A stretch of DNA of 64,000 bases, from NCBI GenBank assembly GCA_003427395.1, contig BFEA01000017.1:1829791-1893790 (forward strand). Reading direction: 5' to 3'. Shown one piece after another: positions 61,632 through 64,000 of this stretch. Position numbers and translations under genes: made by a program. This DNA comes from Chara braunii (lineage: Eukaryota > Plantae > Charophyceae). Below the pieces are notes generated by a model. That model had not been told where the DNA came from. It made no database searches and was given only the letters and a program-made list of their open reading frames with translations. The first letter of the stretch is position 1. Every line of letters begins with the position of its first letter.

Positions 61632-63635
61632 CTCAGTTGTGTTTCTCCGCTTGCACCTCACAGGATCACAATTTAATGAAGGAAGAAGGCTACCCGAAAG
61701 AACATAAAAGAACAAATGGAGTCATCTAGCAGCATAGATAGATAAGGAAGAAAAATATTTGCAGAAGAAGTGACTAGGTTAAACCACCAGGTTTTTTTTT
61801 TTTTTTTTTTTTTTTTATCATTATCCCTATTCAGCCGCCCTCATAATATTTTTCACAAAACCTTACAGCGCCATTGGGGGGGGGGGTGTAGCCAGAATAG
61901 AGAATTTAGAGAATCTAATATAACGAATCCAACATTCCAGAAGCTGCATTAAACCACCTGGACTACCCCAAGAGCTTAACACCACTATTCTTCCTATGAA
62001 GCCACGTGGTGAATTCACAACACTGCCAACTAGAATTCACCACATGGCAATGCGTCACATCCGCCGAAATCGTAGGTTATGCATACCCAAATTTGATTTA
62101 TCAGTCGCTTACAAAGTACGAGTTCGCACCCCACCCTAAAATACTCACCACCCAACGACCATTGAGCAGCATAAGCAGAAGGGGCATTCAGAGCAGGCCT
62201 CCCTTGAGGAGCCAAAACCGTAGTAGCCACGTGGCGAAGCCCAGATTGACCGCACAACAGGAATCAACAGTGCCACGTGTCACGTGGCCAGATATCCCAT
62301 TTGCAGTGCACATCGCTCATACCCCGTTCGCACTCGACCAGAGGCACCCTACCAGTACCTGGCAAGTGTGATAGGAGAAACCACTACCTAACCCACCCCC
62401 TCGCGCACCCACCCCACCCAAAACTGTCCCCCACACCCTTCCAGTTTGCTGAGCGGACCATTCCAACAACCCCTTCGCCCACCCCCCAAATCGTCAACCT
62501 GATTGCAAGGAAGAAAGGACAGCGGGGGAGAGAGGGAGGGGTAGACAAAAACGGAAACCCCTACCATACTTACCAAACCGCCGATATTGACATTCTTTAT
62601 GTGGTTGCCGTTGTTGCTATTAAGATCATTGTCGTTATCACTGTTGTTTTTACGGCAATCCAGCGTGCACGGGCTCACGATTTTGTCACTCGCACCAGTG
62701 TCGTGCTTACCGTTGTTGTTATTATTGTCATTGTCCTTGTCACTGTTGTTATTATCGCAATCCAGCGTGCACGTTGCACCAGTGTCGCACTCGATTGTCG
62801 TAATCTTGCTGGTGCCCACAATCCCTGCGTCGTGATTGCTGCTGGTGTTGTTGTTGTTATTGTTGTTGTTGTTGTTGTTGTTGACGTTGTTGTCGGACAA
62901 GCCCAAGCTGGCTATTCTTATGTCTATACCCCGGACCTGCACGAACATGTTGTAATCAATTGCCTTTTTATCAGTAGCGAGGGCGATATCAACACCAGTT
63001 CAACCCTCCTTCAGCTCGTCACTACCAGTGGTGCACGCGTCGGTGTAATCCGCATCTTTCGTCTCGAACAAGTGCAAGTAGAACTCCTCCTCCAGCGCCG
63101 CGTACACATCTTGCCCCTCCTGGAAGATGTTGTCGCAACACCGCTTCAGAGCCTCCAGTTGACCATCCATGAGACCCTCCGTTTGCAGATGCTGCAGCTC
63201 CCAGACAATCTGCAACATGTTCGACATCACTTCCCGATACGGCGGACCCAATGAAGCTGCCCCCCCAACAGCCTCAGGTCTAAGTCCCAGTTTTGATCGC
63301 AGTGCCTCCACCATCTCCTGTAAATGAGAATGAGCTCCTTGAATGAATATGAGCCAGTCGGTGGCCCCTCGCTGCTTGTCGCCCATCGAAGCCATCTGTA
63401 TACCGCGGCAGAATTTGCGCCGACGATCTCCCACGCTCCCTACCAACCCCACATCTGATGGGACTGCCACGTCAGCATCACCGCTAACCTGGGGCAGGAC
63501 GCGCAACTCAAGTTCCCCACGTTGACCCACGCGGGCGCCCGATCGCATGGAAGGCAGCCGGGTCCTGCCGGCTGCGACCACGCAGAGTGTTAACGCTCTT
63601 TACCGCTATTTTTGCCGCTCTTCTTCAACGTCAGG

Positions 63636-63788
63636 TTAAACCACTAGTACATCCAGCTATCGGCCACGGGCCCTTTTCGGAGGCTGCCCGCCTCTGATTC
63701 AATTTATCCATGGCGCTGGGCCTTCGAAATTTTTGTAGGCGACAAATTTTCTTTTCAGCAAGGCTGGGGACATGTACTGGCAGTTTAG
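63636..63788. mobile_element. TTAA MITE
   Basis: Matches 29887-30039. Confidence 0.8.
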
Positions 63789-64000
63789 GAGCCCGTTGAA
63801 GGAAAATTTAAGGAAGGAACATAGAAAGAGCTCTATAGCAAAAGTTCGTAGCTCAAAAAAGGATTCAGAAAAAAATGGAGGATAGGAAGCGGCAAAGTGG
63901 CAAGAGATGGAGAGCAACTTGACCAATGGATATAATTGTACAAATGATCCTCGAGACTCGCTAAAGAGTGGGGGAGAGGAACATATGTGGTCATTAAGTT

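Noticed and set aside
61469-61662. Tandem duplication of (GA)n plus 36 bp
   Set aside because: Copies are identical and joined by a single N; likely a contig-overlap artefact.
62277-63254. 325-aa + strand ORF
   Set aside because: Val-rich antisense shadow of (AAC)n-type repeats.

Overview
Eukaryotic, repeat-rich nuclear DNA with N gaps. Plant-type U6/U2 snRNA and mitochondrial nad5 sequence, long TE-filled introns and a Penelope-like RT suggest a streptophyte, plausibly a charophyte alga such as Chara (inference). Positions 1192-41054 (+) hold the last 18 exons (2691 nt, 896 codons plus stop, all phases compatible, one GC-AG intron) of a UTP10/HEATR1 (BAP28) ribosome-biogenesis gene whose 5' part lies upstream of the window. 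The rest is mobile DNA: a ~6 kb degenerate L1/Tx1-type LINE (-), a 5'-truncated LINE (+), a Penelope-like RT element, two solo LTRs, a tRNA-derived SINE family, several MITE families, and a scrambled nad5 NUMT. The most striking signal is ten U6 snRNA copies and one U2 copy in 64 kb, several with poly(A) tails and target-site duplications (TSDs). U6 thus behaves here like a high-copy SINE. Also notable are a TTAA-specific MITE family with one shared TIR and many different interiors, and several dead duplicates of UTP10 exon boundaries. A Nextera mate-pair adapter at 28182-28219 marks an assembly artefact. Most short ORFs in the supplied track are spurious.
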